DNA from: Nitrosopumilus sp.
Lineage (GTDB): Archaea; Thermoproteota; Nitrososphaeria; Nitrososphaerales; Nitrosopumilaceae
Assembly (NCBI GenBank): GCA_965197525.1
Contig: OZ240211.1
Coordinates: 1,408,001 to 1,472,000 of the forward strand
Direction: 5' to 3'
Length of the DNA stretch: 64,000 nucleotides
The notes beneath the pieces are model-generated. The model was given only the letters and a program-made list of their open reading frames with translations. It searched no databases and was not told the origin of the DNA. This document shows, piece after piece, positions 1-10,864 of the stretch (position 1 is its first letter; each line of letters begins with the position of its first letter). The position numbers and the translations under genes were made by a program.

Positions 1-1209
1 TGATTTTAGTGCCTTTTCTGCATTTTTTTGTATTCTAAACTGCACTAATCCTCCGAATCCTATCATTATTGCAGCAATTGTAATTTTTAATATAATTAAC
101 TGACCATAAACTGATTCAGTAATTAATCCTACATCACTTTCCAAGAACCATAACAGAGTTGGTCCCGTGATAATTACAACACCTATGGCAATAATAAACG
201 CAATTGAGAATCTTGGAATTAGCAACAAACTCATCTTTTCTCGATTTATCTCTTTTACTTTTGACAATGTTGGCAATAACACGAAAACAAAATAAAATAT
301 TCCTCCTATCCAGACTGCTGACACGAAATTATGTATATAATCAAGTACAACTGCAGGTGCTTGACCACTTGCAGCACCATGTCCAACAAAACTTGTTGTT
401 ACAGTTAACAACAGGATTACTACAAGCAAAAGTATATGATCTTTTTTTGTTAAGATTTTTTTTCTATCCATCACAAACCAAATTCCTATTAATACTATAG
501 TAATACCCATTCTGACTATCCAGAGTGTTCCAAAACTAGTTTGAATTGAATCAAATATTGTTGTCTCTAATCTTATAGTTTGTATTGCTATCATGAGAAT
601 GTTTGATACAAAAATTAACGTCAATCCAACTCCGGTTAAAAATATAAAATTGGTGTGATAATGCGTTTGTATCTTTTCTATTTCATCTTTGATTATACGC
701 TTGTTTTGTGTTCCCCAAATAATTAGAGATGCCATTACTGCTCCTAGCACTATTGTCTGACCTACCAATCCTAAAAATTTAGAACCTGCTTCGGGCAGCA
801 ATATCAACTCACCACAATTATAGCATTCATCTAGAGATTCAGTGATTATGGCATTTCCCACCGCAAACACAAAAGTGTTAGGAACTAGATGACCATCTAT
901 TTTTGATAAAACTTTTGTTGTAACTGTGTATATTCCATCATCTAATGGCGGTGTTGTAACAATAAGCGAGTTTTCATCTTCATAATACATAGTATCGTTA
1001 TAGTCAATCTGATCACCATTGTTATCAAAAACCTTAATTGTGCTAAAACTTATCTCTATGGGCTCTGATAAATATACGATTACTTTTGAAATTCCGGCTG
1101 ATGCAGATGTTGTTGAATCAGGAATAGTTTGTACTGTAAACGGATGTGCCATCGCAGATGGAGTAAATGTTAATGTTAATATCAACAAAATTATCACAAG
1201 TCCTTTCAT
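1..1209 (-). CDS. CopC/CopD copper-resistance fusion protein (3' end runs off the window)
   Basis: Not in the ORF track because there is no stop in the window. Manual translation from ATG 1209: MKGLVIILLILTLTFTPSAMAHPFTVQTIP...YTVTTKVLSKIDGH (CopC-like, His after signal peptide), then multi-TM GHGAASG..DYIHNFVSAVWIGG..IPRFS (CopD-like). Confidence 0.85.
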   Translation of the reverse strand, partial: MKGLVIILLILTLTFTPSAMAHPFTVQTIPDSTTSASAGISKVIVYLSEPIEISFSTIKVFDNNGDQIDYNDTMYYEDENSLIVTTPPLDDGIYTVTTKVLSKIDGHLVPNTFVFAVGNAIITESLDECYNCGELILLPEAGSKFLGLVGQTIVLGAVMASLIIWGTQNKRIIKDEIEKIQTHYHTNFIFLTGVGLTLIFVSNILMIAIQTIRLETTIFDSIQTSFGTLWIVRMGITIVLIGIWFVMDRKKILTKKDHILLLVVILLLTVTTSFVGHGAASGQAPAVVLDYIHNFVSAVWIGGIFYFVFVLLPTLSKVKEINREKMSLLLIPRFSIAFIIAIGVVIITGPTLLWFLESDVGLITESVYGQLIILKITIAAIMIGFGGLVQFRIQKNAEKALKS

Positions 1210-1302
1210 TTATTTTGTTGTTACTTTTGATAATTTAAACAATTTTGAATTTTTAAATTTATGACATGTACCATAAAGATAATAAATATACAATATAGGA
1301 CA

Positions 1303-1953
1303 ATGGTCATGAATCCAATAGTTCCTAGTGTTATTGTCACATTGATTCTTGTTGGAATGATATCTACATCATTTGCCCATACTACAGTAAATGTTGAGCA
1401 ATATAGGATTGAGGCAGGATGGGGAATCGAGCCTCCTATTGTTGGCATTCGAAATGATCTAGTCTTTAAAATTACCGAGCCTGGTGAGACTGAAAATTCG
1501 CACAAGGGAGTTGTTCATGCGTTTCAAAATTTAGAATCTACAGCTGTGTATGGTGGAGCTATTAAGAAAATTGATATTAGTTCTGATCCTAGACCTGGAT
1601 ACTATTTCTCACCTGTTATTCCAACCAAAACTGGTACCTATGCTGTAGAATTATCCGGAGAGATTGACGGTACCATAGTTGACATACAAATTCCTATTGA
1701 AGATGTAGAGAATACATCAATTCTAGATTTTCCTATTACAAGTGATAGTGATCAAACAGATATTTCTGCTCTCAAGAATGCAATATTGTCTTTACAGCAA
1801 GATATCTCTAAATTGGAATCAGGAGAAACGCCTGTAGCATCTAATCCTGACGGTAAGAATGGTAGTATGACATACGACTTTGCAGTCTTTGCATTATCTA
1901 TTGCAGGCGCAGCTATAATCTTGTCAATTATCGCTTTAATAAAAAGAAAATAG
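1303..1953 (+). CDS. Secreted, membrane-anchored hypothetical protein with N-terminal His
   Basis: Signal peptide ending FA-HTT; C-terminal TM plus KRK; divergent from copCD. Start placed at ATG 1303 rather than 1261. Confidence 0.75.
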   Translation: MVMNPIVPSVIVTLILVGMISTSFAHTTVNVEQYRIEAGWGIEPPIVGIRNDLVFKITEPGETENSHKGVVHAFQNLESTAVYGGAIKKIDISSDPRPGYYFSPVIPTKTGTYAVELSGEIDGTIVDIQIPIEDVENTSILDFPITSDSDQTDISALKNAILSLQQDISKLESGETPVASNPDGKNGSMTYDFAVFALSIAGAAIILSIIALIKRK

Positions 1954-1966
1954 ATAAAGAGAATTC

Positions 1967-2860
1967 CTAAATTCTTGGAATCACTCTAGATTTTGCAGTT
2001 ATTGCTACAACACTTATTATTGCTACAGCTAGTACCATCATTGCAATCGTTCCAAATTCTGGAACAATCATTGCAAATTCAACTTGTTCACCAACTGGTC
2101 CTGTTTTTACTTCTTCAACACCATAGCCTTGGAATGTGACCATGATATCAACTGGATCAGAAGATTCTAGTGCTGCTGTCATGTGTTTAGCTACACCCTC
2201 GTGATTATGTACGCCTTGTTCATTTAAGACTTCTACACGATCTTGGGTAACCATTATGTCGTAGTTAACGTGGGTTTTGTCGACGTATGTAAGAACGACT
2301 TTCAATTCTTCACCTGCTGTTGGCACTGATGTCCAGACTGTGATTTCTGTACCATCACTTAACATTCCTGTTGCAGATGCATCTTTTTCCATCATCATCA
2401 TCTTATCTTTGTCGTCCCTCATCATGTCACCATGATCTTTTTCCATCGTATCGCTAGCTCTTGCTTCTTGTACTATGATCGTTCCCACCATGTGTGGATG
2501 AACAAGACAGAAGTATGGATACTCTCCAACCTCAGTTGGAGACCATTCGTATGTGGATCCAGGCAACATTATACCGGAATTAAATATTTCTCCAACAACA
2601 TCGTCTGTCAATACACCTGAATAAGATGTGTGAGTTACGTTATCGGTGTTTGAGAAAATTACTTTTCCTCCAACATCAACTGTTGCCACACTTGGAAGGA
2701 AACATCCTTCTTCAGTGTCTTCACAACCTGGCACACTAGAACCCAGTGCATTCTCAATTGTGACCTCTGAATGATCTGCAAAAGCATCTGGAACTGCTGT
2801 AATTGTACCAGATACAATAGCAAATAGTACTAACAAAGAGCAAATTGCTTTAATCTTCAT
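1967..2860 (-). CDS. Blue-copper (cupredoxin/plastocyanin-like) protein with PEFG-CTERM anchor
   Basis: HT..G and YFCLVHPHM type-1 Cu ligands; C-terminal VPEFGTIAMMVLAVAIISVVAITAKSR; start at MKIKAIC (2860). Confidence 0.88.
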   Translation of the reverse strand: MKIKAICSLLVLFAIVSGTITAVPDAFADHSEVTIENALGSSVPGCEDTEEGCFLPSVATVDVGGKVIFSNTDNVTHTSYSGVLTDDVVGEIFNSGIMLPGSTYEWSPTEVGEYPYFCLVHPHMVGTIIVQEARASDTMEKDHGDMMRDDKDKMMMMEKDASATGMLSDGTEITVWTSVPTAGEELKVVLTYVDKTHVNYDIMVTQDRVEVLNEQGVHNHEGVAKHMTAALESSDPVDIMVTFQGYGVEEVKTGPVGEQVEFAMIVPEFGTIAMMVLAVAIISVVAITAKSRVIPRI

Positions 2861-3023
2861 TATTAATCCCACTTCTCTCACACATAAAAACTTCACTAGA
2901 ATTTCTAATAAATAACTCAATTCTTCTTCAAATTAATACGATTTTTAGCATAATACAGAAATCCCAAGATCTGTTTTAACATTCTAGTTATGTTATAGTC
3001 TGGATCATTAACAAAGCAAACTA

Positions 3024-3875
3024 TTACAAGTTCCTAATATTATCATTTTTTCTAAATTGGTGTAATTTTATGATCCCAAACACCGGAATCCCAACATACA
3101 TTCCCATATTTAGTACAATTAGAGAAATTCCATAGCCTAACATCTCTTGTTCTGAATCAATATCTACATGATTTAACAAAGATAATGACGATAGCATTGG
3201 GGTAAGCATAATTTGTACTGCTTGTCTAAATATTGGATGCTCTCTTTCCAAGTCTGCAACTGTTGGTGAAAATGAGTAATAAAACGAATTAAATCCTGCC
3301 ATAAACGCAGTACCTGATTCTGTTGACAGAATTGTATTGTCTCTGATCTCTCTTAACTGTTGAACTTGTGGTGCTAATTCTGAACCGTATGTTGCTGTTG
3401 CAATTAGACAACCATTGTTATTGTTATTGTTACCACTACCATCATCATCATCAACTATTGCTGCAGCATCCCCAACTAGAATATCAAAAGAAACAGTTTC
3501 TGTTGGAATTGGCTGAAACAAAATTCCCTTTATTTCAAAACCCATAGTGTATACCCCTTCTCCAAGATTAAATGTAATTGGGATCTTTGCAATTCCAGCT
3601 GATGTATGTGTTAGTGGAATTGGTCCAAAAACATTCTCCCCATCTTTTGAAACTATTATAGTGTAGTCAATATGCTCTTGTGTCTTCTCTGTTTGTGGAT
3701 TGATAAAATCTACATTTATCTTAGATTGTATATTTGGTTCAATCGTATCATACGTTAGCATTACGTTTAATGTTCCTTTGTCAGTAGGTAAGATCTGTGA
3801 TTCTGCAGATACCAGACTAGTCAATGATGGGGAAATTAATAATGGAATTAATAATATAACAAATAGACTTTTCAT
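3024..3875 (-). CDS. Secreted protein with CFI-box-CTERM domain
   Basis: GCLIATATYGSELAPQVQQLREIRD motif, C-terminal TM, signal peptide MKSLFVILL, HIDY..HTSAG in the N-domain. Confidence 0.82.
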   Translation of the reverse strand: MKSLFVILLIPLLISPSLTSLVSAESQILPTDKGTLNVMLTYDTIEPNIQSKINVDFINPQTEKTQEHIDYTIIVSKDGENVFGPIPLTHTSAGIAKIPITFNLGEGVYTMGFEIKGILFQPIPTETVSFDILVGDAAAIVDDDDGSGNNNNNNGCLIATATYGSELAPQVQQLREIRDNTILSTESGTAFMAGFNSFYYSFSPTVADLEREHPIFRQAVQIMLTPMLSSLSLLNHVDIDSEQEMLGYGISLIVLNMGMYVGIPVFGIIKLHQFRKNDNIRNL

Positions 3876-3979
3876 GTTCTTACTTGCGAATTCATCAATA
3901 AAAGTTATATCTTTAAATAAAATTATTATATCTGCAAATATCAAATCAGCTTTAAATAAGGAGTTGTCGCAAATAAAGT

Positions 3980-5698
3980 ATGTCTAATAAATTTTTAATG
4001 TTTATTGCAATTATTGGAGTACTTGTAATCTCAGTTGCTACTATTCCAAATGCCTTTGCCCATGGACTAGGTGGTGATCAAGCCGAACCACTATCTTTTG
4101 GTGACACGGAAGTTACCGTTCGTACTGATCTAACTCCCTATGACATTACACTGGGTGATGTTGATGAGGTAAACATGAAGATTCGATTCTTTGATGTTAA
4201 TACTGATACCACTTTGGAGCAAGTGACATACCGAATAGAAGTATGGAAGAGCCAAGACCTACTTGCGAGAAATTTATTTTACGACGATGATGGTAGATTA
4301 GATGTCGAAATTCGTCCTCGATCTGGCTGTGACGAATCTGATCTGTGGCGATGCGTCATTTATGGCGGATCTGAACATGCTGTAGCACCAGGCGCACTTT
4401 ATGTTTTTGGTGCATCATGCGATGATGAAAATTTGGATACTTGTGCAAGACCTACAATTACTGGACCAGTCTTTGATCAGGGTGGACTGTATAATATTAG
4501 AATAGATATTGAAAGCGCAACCAGTCCCAAAACTTTACTAACTGAATTACTCAGTTATACTACATTTGTTAGTATCGCAAAAGAACAAGACTTTATAATT
4601 CAAACCGCGAATGCAGAAGAAGTGCCAATAGTCGTAAAGACATATTACGATGATGTTGAAAATTTCCATTTTGATACAACTGACAACTCTATTAATTTTG
4701 ATATGCCATTTGACTGGGATCCAAGCTACATCGATCAAGTCGAACTAGTTCATGAAGAGGTCAGAGTTCCAAAATCATTTACACCATTTGCTGAAGGTAA
4801 ACAGTTCACAGGTTATGTGAATGGTGTACAAGTTGATCAAAGAGCATTACTATCTGATCCATACAACAATAATGTAACTAATATTCTTCATTTTCTTTTA
4901 ACAAACGCTGAATTAGACAAAATTAACGAATCTCTTGGCCCTGATAACTATGAAAGTAAGATAATGAATCTAAAACTTGTTCCATCTGATGAAGTTGAGA
5001 TGATATCTGCTGATTTTTATCTTGTTGACCTAGAAAATGAACAGGTTCCAACTGACGTAACTGTTTCATATGATGGTTCATATGGTGCGGATCAAGAGAT
5101 TCCATTTGAGTTTGCATTCTTTAATGAAGATGAAAAACTAATTACCGATATAAGATATGCATACGAAGTCTTTGATGAATCCAATCAAGAGATAACACGA
5201 AGTGGATACGATGGTACAGTAACTCCGGGAATTGTAGCAACTGAAGGATTAGATGTTCAAAACATCTACATCCCATCTCAAGGTAAAATTAGAATTGATG
5301 TTCGAGTACATGGCGTTGGGTTGGATTATACTCCAAAATACTCTGGAATAGGATCAGCATTTCTAGAAATTGGCGCCGGTTCTCCTCTAGTACCACAAGA
5401 AACACCACCACCACCACAATCACCATCAATCCCTAGTTGGGTTAAGACCAATGCAGGATGGTGGGCAGATGGGGCATTAGACGATGACACCTTTATTTTG
5501 GGAATCCAGCATTTGATCAAGGAAAATATTATACAGATTCCTGAGACTGATGTTACTTTATCTGATGCAAACACAGCTACAATTCCTGACTGGGTTAAGA
5601 CCAATGCAGAATGGTGGGCAGATGGTGTCATAGACGATGACACCTTTATTTTGGCAATCCAATTTTTAGTTCAAGAGGGAATTCTGAGCGTACAGTAG
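3980..5698 (+). CDS. Secreted thaumarchaeal surface protein with two C-terminal IPxWvKxxAxWW repeats
   Basis: Signal peptide ending FA-HGLGG; [15 protein letters not shown] and [15 protein letters not shown]. Confidence 0.85.
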   Translation: MSNKFLMFIAIIGVLVISVATIPNAFAHGLGGDQAEPLSFGDTEVTVRTDLTPYDITLGDVDEVNMKIRFFDVNTDTTLEQVTYRIEVWKSQDLLARNLFYDDDGRLDVEIRPRSGCDESDLWRCVIYGGSEHAVAPGALYVFGASCDDENLDTCARPTITGPVFDQGGLYNIRIDIESATSPKTLLTELLSYTTFVSIAKEQDFIIQTANAEEVPIVVKTYYDDVENFHFDTTDNSINFDMPFDWDPSYIDQVELVHEEVRVPKSFTPFAEGKQFTGYVNGVQVDQRALLSDPYNNNVTNILHFLLTNAELDKINESLGPDNYESKIMNLKLVPSDEVEMISADFYLVDLENEQVPTDVTVSYDGSYGADQEIPFEFAFFNEDEKLITDIRYAYEVFDESNQEITRSGYDGTVTPGIVATEGLDVQNIYIPSQGKIRIDVRVHGVGLDYTPKYSGIGSAFLEIGAGSPLVPQETPPPPQSPSIPSWVKTNAGWWADGALDDDTFILGIQHLIKENIIQIPETDVTLSDANTATIPDWVKTNAEWWADGVIDDDTFILAIQFLVQEGILSVQ

Positions 5699-5747
5699 AT
5701 AACGCCTATGATATATTTTTAAGTCCATTCTGCTATATGATAGTAAA

Positions 5748-5954
5748 ATGAAAGATATCAATGATATAATGCCTAACATCCCGAATATGAGATGGGGAGC
5801 TTTAATGAACAAAGCACCAACTAGTCATAAAGTTGAAGAGATGAATAAAATATTTCCAGCTAATGGCAAATGGCACACAGTCTTTGAAGAAAAAGATCAG
5901 ATCACAATTGATGGTAAAGAGATTCGTAAAAAAGATCCAAACAAGTGGACATAG
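5748..5954 (+). CDS. Small hypothetical protein (68 aa)
   Basis: ORF fills the gap exactly, with a TATA-like tract upstream. Confidence 0.65.
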   Translation: MKDINDIMPNIPNMRWGALMNKAPTSHKVEEMNKIFPANGKWHTVFEEKDQITIDGKEIRKKDPNKWT

Positions 5955-5955
5955 C

Positions 5956-7539
5956 TTGAACAGCACTTCTTTGATTATAGTTCTAATATTTTTCTGTCTA
6001 GCTGTCTTTTCATTTGATAATGATGTGTACGGTCATGGTGTAGGAAGTGAAACTTTTCCTCCTGTGGATTTGAATGGGAAACTTGTAACTTTGGAGGTCT
6101 CGTCATCTACTGAGGATAATGCAGATTCTCTTGATTCAGTTAATGACCAACAAATATCTTTTTCATTAATTGATTTTGATTCCAAGATTACTTTACGTGA
6201 TGTTACTTTTTTAATTAAATCTCATCTTGGAGAGCAATTTCTATTTGAGAAAGAGTTCAAAGCTGATAATGGATTTCTAGTCTTTAATTTCATATCTGAA
6301 GAAACTAATTCTATTATAGTTGAATCTCAAGAGAATAACGATAATTTTTTTGGTTCCTTGCTAGGATTTGAAAGCCGATTAATTGATGTCAAAGGACCAA
6401 ATCTTAACAAAGGCGGTTTATACAAATTCGATGTAAGTGTGTTAACGGCAGACGGATATTCTCAAATATTATCTACTCCACTAATGTTTGATGTAGGCAT
6501 TTCCATAGCGCAAACGACCCGGTACGATCTCGTCGACCCAAATTTTGGTGAACAAAATATCCGTGTCATAACATACTATGATGAAATTTCTAATTTTCAA
6601 TACGATTCTAGTTTAAGAGAGATTAGCTTTTCTATGCCGTTTGAATGGACCGAATCAAACATTAACCAAACATCTGTTGTTCATGAAGAGATCGTAATTC
6701 CAAAGGAATTCGGCGATCTATTGGTATCAGGTTTTAACATATACATCAATGGAATACAGTTGTCTGATGATGTTATTAATATAGATGACTTTACTGCAGA
6801 TGATAGAATAGTTCATTTTATTATATACAAAAAAGAATTGTTCAATGTCTTTGAAAATAATATAAATCCAAACAGGATGAATTTTCTAATTAAACCAGAT
6901 CGTGATGATACCCATCTAAGCTCTGTTACTGGTAACGGCCAATTTAGAATTCTTACAACTTGGGAGCCCCAAGACATTCGTTCTGATTCTAGCGTCAAGA
7001 TATTCTTTGATATTACAGATGTTTTCTTAAAGAACAAGCCTGTTGCAGTCAATTATGACTTTTCGATGACTCGTAACAATCAAATTATCTATCAGCAGAG
7101 CGGGGCAAGCAGCGATTCAAAAGACGAACATACCATTGCAGAATTTATAATTCCTAGTGGTGTATCTGGTGTTGTATATCTGAATTTTGAAAATTTAGAT
7201 GATAATAGCCACGCAAATACTGTCATTCCAATTATCGTTAACAGAGTTGAGGATAAAGTTACTATTCCCGGTTGGATTAAAAATAGTGCATTGTGGTGGT
7301 CTGAAGAACAGATTGATGATGAGACGTTTATTAGTTCAATTGAATATCTAATACAGAACAAGATAATTACTGTCTCAGCTACTATATCTGAAGATACGAA
7401 ATCCCAAACTGTTATTCCTACTTGGGTTAGAAATAACGCTGCATGGTGGGCCTCAGGTCAGATTGATGATAATACATTCATTGAGGGGTTAAAATTTTTA
7501 ATACAGCATGGAGTAATCAACATCCCTCCACATAATTAA
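5956..7539 (+). CDS. Secreted surface protein, paralog of 3980..5698
   Basis: Likely TTG start at 5956; signal peptide ending YG-HGVGS; shared FEW..I.Q..VVHEE..IPK segment; two IPxW..N.A.WW repeats. Confidence 0.82.
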   Translation: MNSTSLIIVLIFFCLAVFSFDNDVYGHGVGSETFPPVDLNGKLVTLEVSSSTEDNADSLDSVNDQQISFSLIDFDSKITLRDVTFLIKSHLGEQFLFEKEFKADNGFLVFNFISEETNSIIVESQENNDNFFGSLLGFESRLIDVKGPNLNKGGLYKFDVSVLTADGYSQILSTPLMFDVGISIAQTTRYDLVDPNFGEQNIRVITYYDEISNFQYDSSLREISFSMPFEWTESNINQTSVVHEEIVIPKEFGDLLVSGFNIYINGIQLSDDVINIDDFTADDRIVHFIIYKKELFNVFENNINPNRMNFLIKPDRDDTHLSSVTGNGQFRILTTWEPQDIRSDSSVKIFFDITDVFLKNKPVAVNYDFSMTRNNQIIYQQSGASSDSKDEHTIAEFIIPSGVSGVVYLNFENLDDNSHANTVIPIIVNRVEDKVTIPGWIKNSALWWSEEQIDDETFISSIEYLIQNKIITVSATISEDTKSQTVIPTWVRNNAAWWASGQIDDNTFIEGLKFLIQHGVINIPPHN

Positions 7540-7594
7540 GCGTGCAAAGTCTGAAGAGATAATATTAAAGTAAGAATATTCATTGATATGTTAG

Positions 7595-8884
7595 TTGATG
7601 ACTAAATATTCTACGTTTTTGACAAACATGCATTCAAACGTCAATACGACATCAAAGTTTACACTATTTTACACTGTAACGATCATATTTTTTGGACTCT
7701 TCTTTATATCTCCATTATATCCGACAGCATCAGCTCAGGTCTTTATTCCATCTGATGAATATACAGGATACTTTGATGCTAATGGAATCTATACCGTAGT
7801 TGGGAATGTCAAAAATAATAACGGTTTTGCAGTAATTCCAATCATTACTATCTCTGTAATTGACGGCTCCCAAACTCTCTCCCAAACTATTACGCATGTG
7901 CCGATACCATCATATGCTGAGATTCCGTTCAAAGTAAAATTTCCAACTATGTCTTCTCATGAACCTATACTTGAAGACCCAACCATATCCTTTGAGAGAA
8001 CAATAGCAGATAAGGTTCCAATTGACGTGATATACGATAACACGTTACTGTTGCATGATGACGGTCATCTCACTGGAAGAATTCAAAATAACGGCGATCA
8101 TACTGTCTATTATCCCAAGATATTTGCAGTAGTTCATGGATATGATAAAGTCTTAGATATTGCTCAAAATATTGAATACATTGAGATGATCCGCCCCGGC
8201 GAGATAGTTGAATTCTCCATGTATCCTGATCCATCAATCACTGATGATGTATTATATTATAGCTGCTTTGGACCTGTAGATACTACTGTGGTTCCAGTAC
8301 TTGCCAAGAAGAATGGCGGTGACTTTAACTTTAGATATGATTCAGGAGCTTGGTACTCAGCTGCAACATTTGATGAAACAGGAACAATAATGACTATCCT
8401 AGGCTACAATAGTTTTCCAATTGAAACTTATGCAAATTTTGAGATTCCTCCTATATCTGGCGATGAGGAATTTTACGTCACCTTAAATGACGAACCAATT
8501 GATTTTATCCAAAGTATAGATGATCTTGGGTTCTGGCATATTGCTTTTTCAGTTGATCCTCAATCACAACATACATTGAAAATTTCAGGATTTGCGCAAG
8601 GATTACCTGTAGAATTATCAAAGATACCCGCATGGGTAAAACTCAACGCTGATTGGTGGTCTTCTGATCAGATATCTGATACTGAATTTCTTGAAGGAAT
8701 CGATTATTTATTTGAGAAAGCAATAATATATGTTCCAGTAAAAGATATCGTCCAAAAACCACAATGGGCAATCCCTGAATGGGTGAAGGTACCTTCAGAG
8801 TGGTGGTACAATGAAAAAATTTCAGATGACGAGTTTCTTGATCTCATTACGTATCTTGTAGAACAAAAGATAATCATAGTTTAG
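7595..8884 (+). CDS. Secreted surface protein with C-terminal IPxW..WW repeats
   Basis: N-terminal hydrophobic segment; IPAWVKLNADWW and IPEWVKVPSEWW. Confidence 0.8.
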   Translation: MMTKYSTFLTNMHSNVNTTSKFTLFYTVTIIFFGLFFISPLYPTASAQVFIPSDEYTGYFDANGIYTVVGNVKNNNGFAVIPIITISVIDGSQTLSQTITHVPIPSYAEIPFKVKFPTMSSHEPILEDPTISFERTIADKVPIDVIYDNTLLLHDDGHLTGRIQNNGDHTVYYPKIFAVVHGYDKVLDIAQNIEYIEMIRPGEIVEFSMYPDPSITDDVLYYSCFGPVDTTVVPVLAKKNGGDFNFRYDSGAWYSAATFDETGTIMTILGYNSFPIETYANFEIPPISGDEEFYVTLNDEPIDFIQSIDDLGFWHIAFSVDPQSQHTLKISGFAQGLPVELSKIPAWVKLNADWWSSDQISDTEFLEGIDYLFEKAIIYVPVKDIVQKPQWAIPEWVKVPSEWWYNEKISDDEFLDLITYLVEQKIIIV

Positions 8885-8958
8885 AGAAGAGACAGATTCT
8901 GATAAATACCTAGACTCTATAAAAAATCTTATTATACAAATTTTCTTCAATAGATCGT

Positions 8959-9744
8959 ATGTTTCCCTTACGAGATGAGAATCCTACTCCTCCCGGATTC
9001 AAACCAAGAGTAACTTATGCTTTAATCATAGCTAATGTAATAGTATTTTTCTTAGAGGTTGCATATACAGGACAATTTTTTGATTTCACCAATCAGAATG
9101 CCTTTACCATGTTCTATGATTACGGCGCTGTTCCAGCTTGTGTGTCACATGATTTACAGGGAATAGATGTAAGCGATGGAATAATTATCGGACAGAACAT
9201 ACTATACTGTCCTGAATATCCTTCGCTTACCCTACTAACATCCACGTTTATGCATGGCGGTTTGATTCATCTAGGTGGTAATCTTTTGTTCCTATGGATA
9301 TTTGGCGACAACATTGAATACAAGTTTGGAAAGATAAAATATCTCGGAATCTATTTGATGTGGGGAGTTGCTGCAGGATTAATTCACATATTGGGCGATA
9401 TGAATAGCCCAGTTCCTGCAGTAGGCGCATCAGGCGCAATATCTGGCATATTAGGTGCATATCTTATCCTCTTTCCAAAAGCTAGGATTCAAACTTTCGT
9501 GATATTTGGTTTCTTTTTTAGAATGATGCACATTCAGGCACAATGGTTTTTGCCCTTTTGGTTTATCTTCCAAAATATACTTCCGTTTGTAGTTGGCGGA
9601 TTCGGTGTTGCAGGAGGCGGAGTAGCTTTCCTTGCCCATATTGGCGGATTTATAGTTGGCTTAGCTACCGGCTACCTTTACAAAATTACCCATCGCTCAA
9701 ACTTTACATATGGTACCCGATACGGCTATAGACCTGACTATTGA
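8959..9744 (+). CDS. Rhomboid family intramembrane serine protease
   Basis: FMHGGLIHLGGN, VGASG (catalytic Ser), AHIGG (catalytic His). Confidence 0.93.
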   Translation: MFPLRDENPTPPGFKPRVTYALIIANVIVFFLEVAYTGQFFDFTNQNAFTMFYDYGAVPACVSHDLQGIDVSDGIIIGQNILYCPEYPSLTLLTSTFMHGGLIHLGGNLLFLWIFGDNIEYKFGKIKYLGIYLMWGVAAGLIHILGDMNSPVPAVGASGAISGILGAYLILFPKARIQTFVIFGFFFRMMHIQAQWFLPFWFIFQNILPFVVGGFGVAGGGVAFLAHIGGFIVGLATGYLYKITHRSNFTYGTRYGYRPDY

Positions 9745-9777
9745 AAACATAAATCATCGATTTTCTTTACAGTTTTT

Positions 9778-9954
9778 ATGCCTTTGATTACTGTATCAAT
9801 GTATCCTGGCAGAACTCAGGAACAAAAAGACAAATACGCAAAAGCAATAACAAAATCAGCAGTTGAGATTTTAAAGACAAAAGAGAATCACGTTATTGTT
9901 GTTTTTGAAGACAATCCCAAAGAAAATTGGTTTCTAGCTGGAAATCAACTTTAA
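9778..9954 (+). CDS. 4-oxalocrotonate tautomerase family protein (58 aa, below the ORF-track cut-off)
   Basis: MPLITVSMYPGRTQEQKDKYAKAITKSAVEILKTKENHVIVVFEDNPKENWFLAGNQL; catalytic Pro1 and GRT motif. Confidence 0.85.
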   Translation: MPLITVSMYPGRTQEQKDKYAKAITKSAVEILKTKENHVIVVFEDNPKENWFLAGNQL

Positions 9955-10057
9955 CTATTTTTCCTTTTAAAATATTTGCTACGAGAAACATTGTTTATTT
10001 TAATTACTATTCCTATCACAAGTTTATCCTTTTATTACCATTCTATTAATTGATTTT

Positions 10058-10864
10058 ATGAAAATTGCAGTAGTTCAATTCAAGGCGTCTACTAACAAAG
10101 CAGTTAATCTTAAAAAAATTATCTCATTTATTGCAGATGCTGCATCTAAAGATGCAGTTATGTGTGCATTTCCCGAATTTATGATGTTTTATACAAGTTC
10201 AACCCAATCTCCGAAACAACTATCGAATTTATCAGAAACAATTAACGGAAGTTTTGTACGATCTATTGCAAAAGCTGCAAAAGACAACTGCATTCAGGTT
10301 ATAGGTTCATTTTATGAGAAGAGCAGGAAACAAGACCGTGTTTATGATACTACTTTTATAATTGACGAGTCAGGCACAACGATCTCTATTTATAGAAAAA
10401 TTCACCTGTATGATGCATTAGGATTTCGAGAATCTGACAAAATGATACGAGGATCTAAAATTACCAAACCCGCAAAGACATCTATTGGTAAAGTAGGCAT
10501 GCTAATCTGTTATGATTTAAGATTTCCAGAGATGTCAAGATCACTTGCAGCGTCTGGTTCTGAAGTGCTAGTAGTACCATCTGCTTGGGTTAAAGGTAAA
10601 ATGAAAGAAGATCATTGGATTACAATCAATAAAACACGAGCAATTGAGAACGGATGTTATGTTATCGCACCGGATCAAATTGGACATATTTACTGTGGAC
10701 GCAGCTTGGTAGTCGATCCTTATGGAAAGATTTTACTTGATATGAAAAAGAGACAGGGAATTGGTTTTGTTAACATTGATTTAGATAAAGTAAAACAAAC
10801 ACGTGAACTCTTACCACTACTTGAAAATAGAAGAACAGATGTTTATCCTACTCTGAAGATATAG
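10058..10864 (+). CDS. Nitrilase/carbon-nitrogen hydrolase (Nit1-like)
   Basis: FPE, YRKIHLYD and ICYDLRFPE catalytic motifs. Confidence 0.92.
   Translation: MKIAVVQFKASTNKAVNLKKIISFIADAASKDAVMCAFPEFMMFYTSSTQSPKQLSNLSETINGSFVRSIAKAAKDNCIQVIGSFYEKSRKQDRVYDTTFIIDESGTTISIYRKIHLYDALGFRESDKMIRGSKITKPAKTSIGKVGMLICYDLRFPEMSRSLAASGSEVLVVPSAWVKGKMKEDHWITINKTRAIENGCYVIAPDQIGHIYCGRSLVVDPYGKILLDMKKRQGIGFVNIDLDKVKQTRELLPLLENRRTDVYPTLKI

Noticed and set aside
204-500. 98-aa plus-strand ORF, and 1019..1264
   Set aside because: Shadows of the minus-strand copC/D gene.
8959-9744. Rhomboid as the sortase for neighbouring CTERM proteins
   Set aside because: Only proximity supports it; no GlyGly-CTERM substrates are seen.
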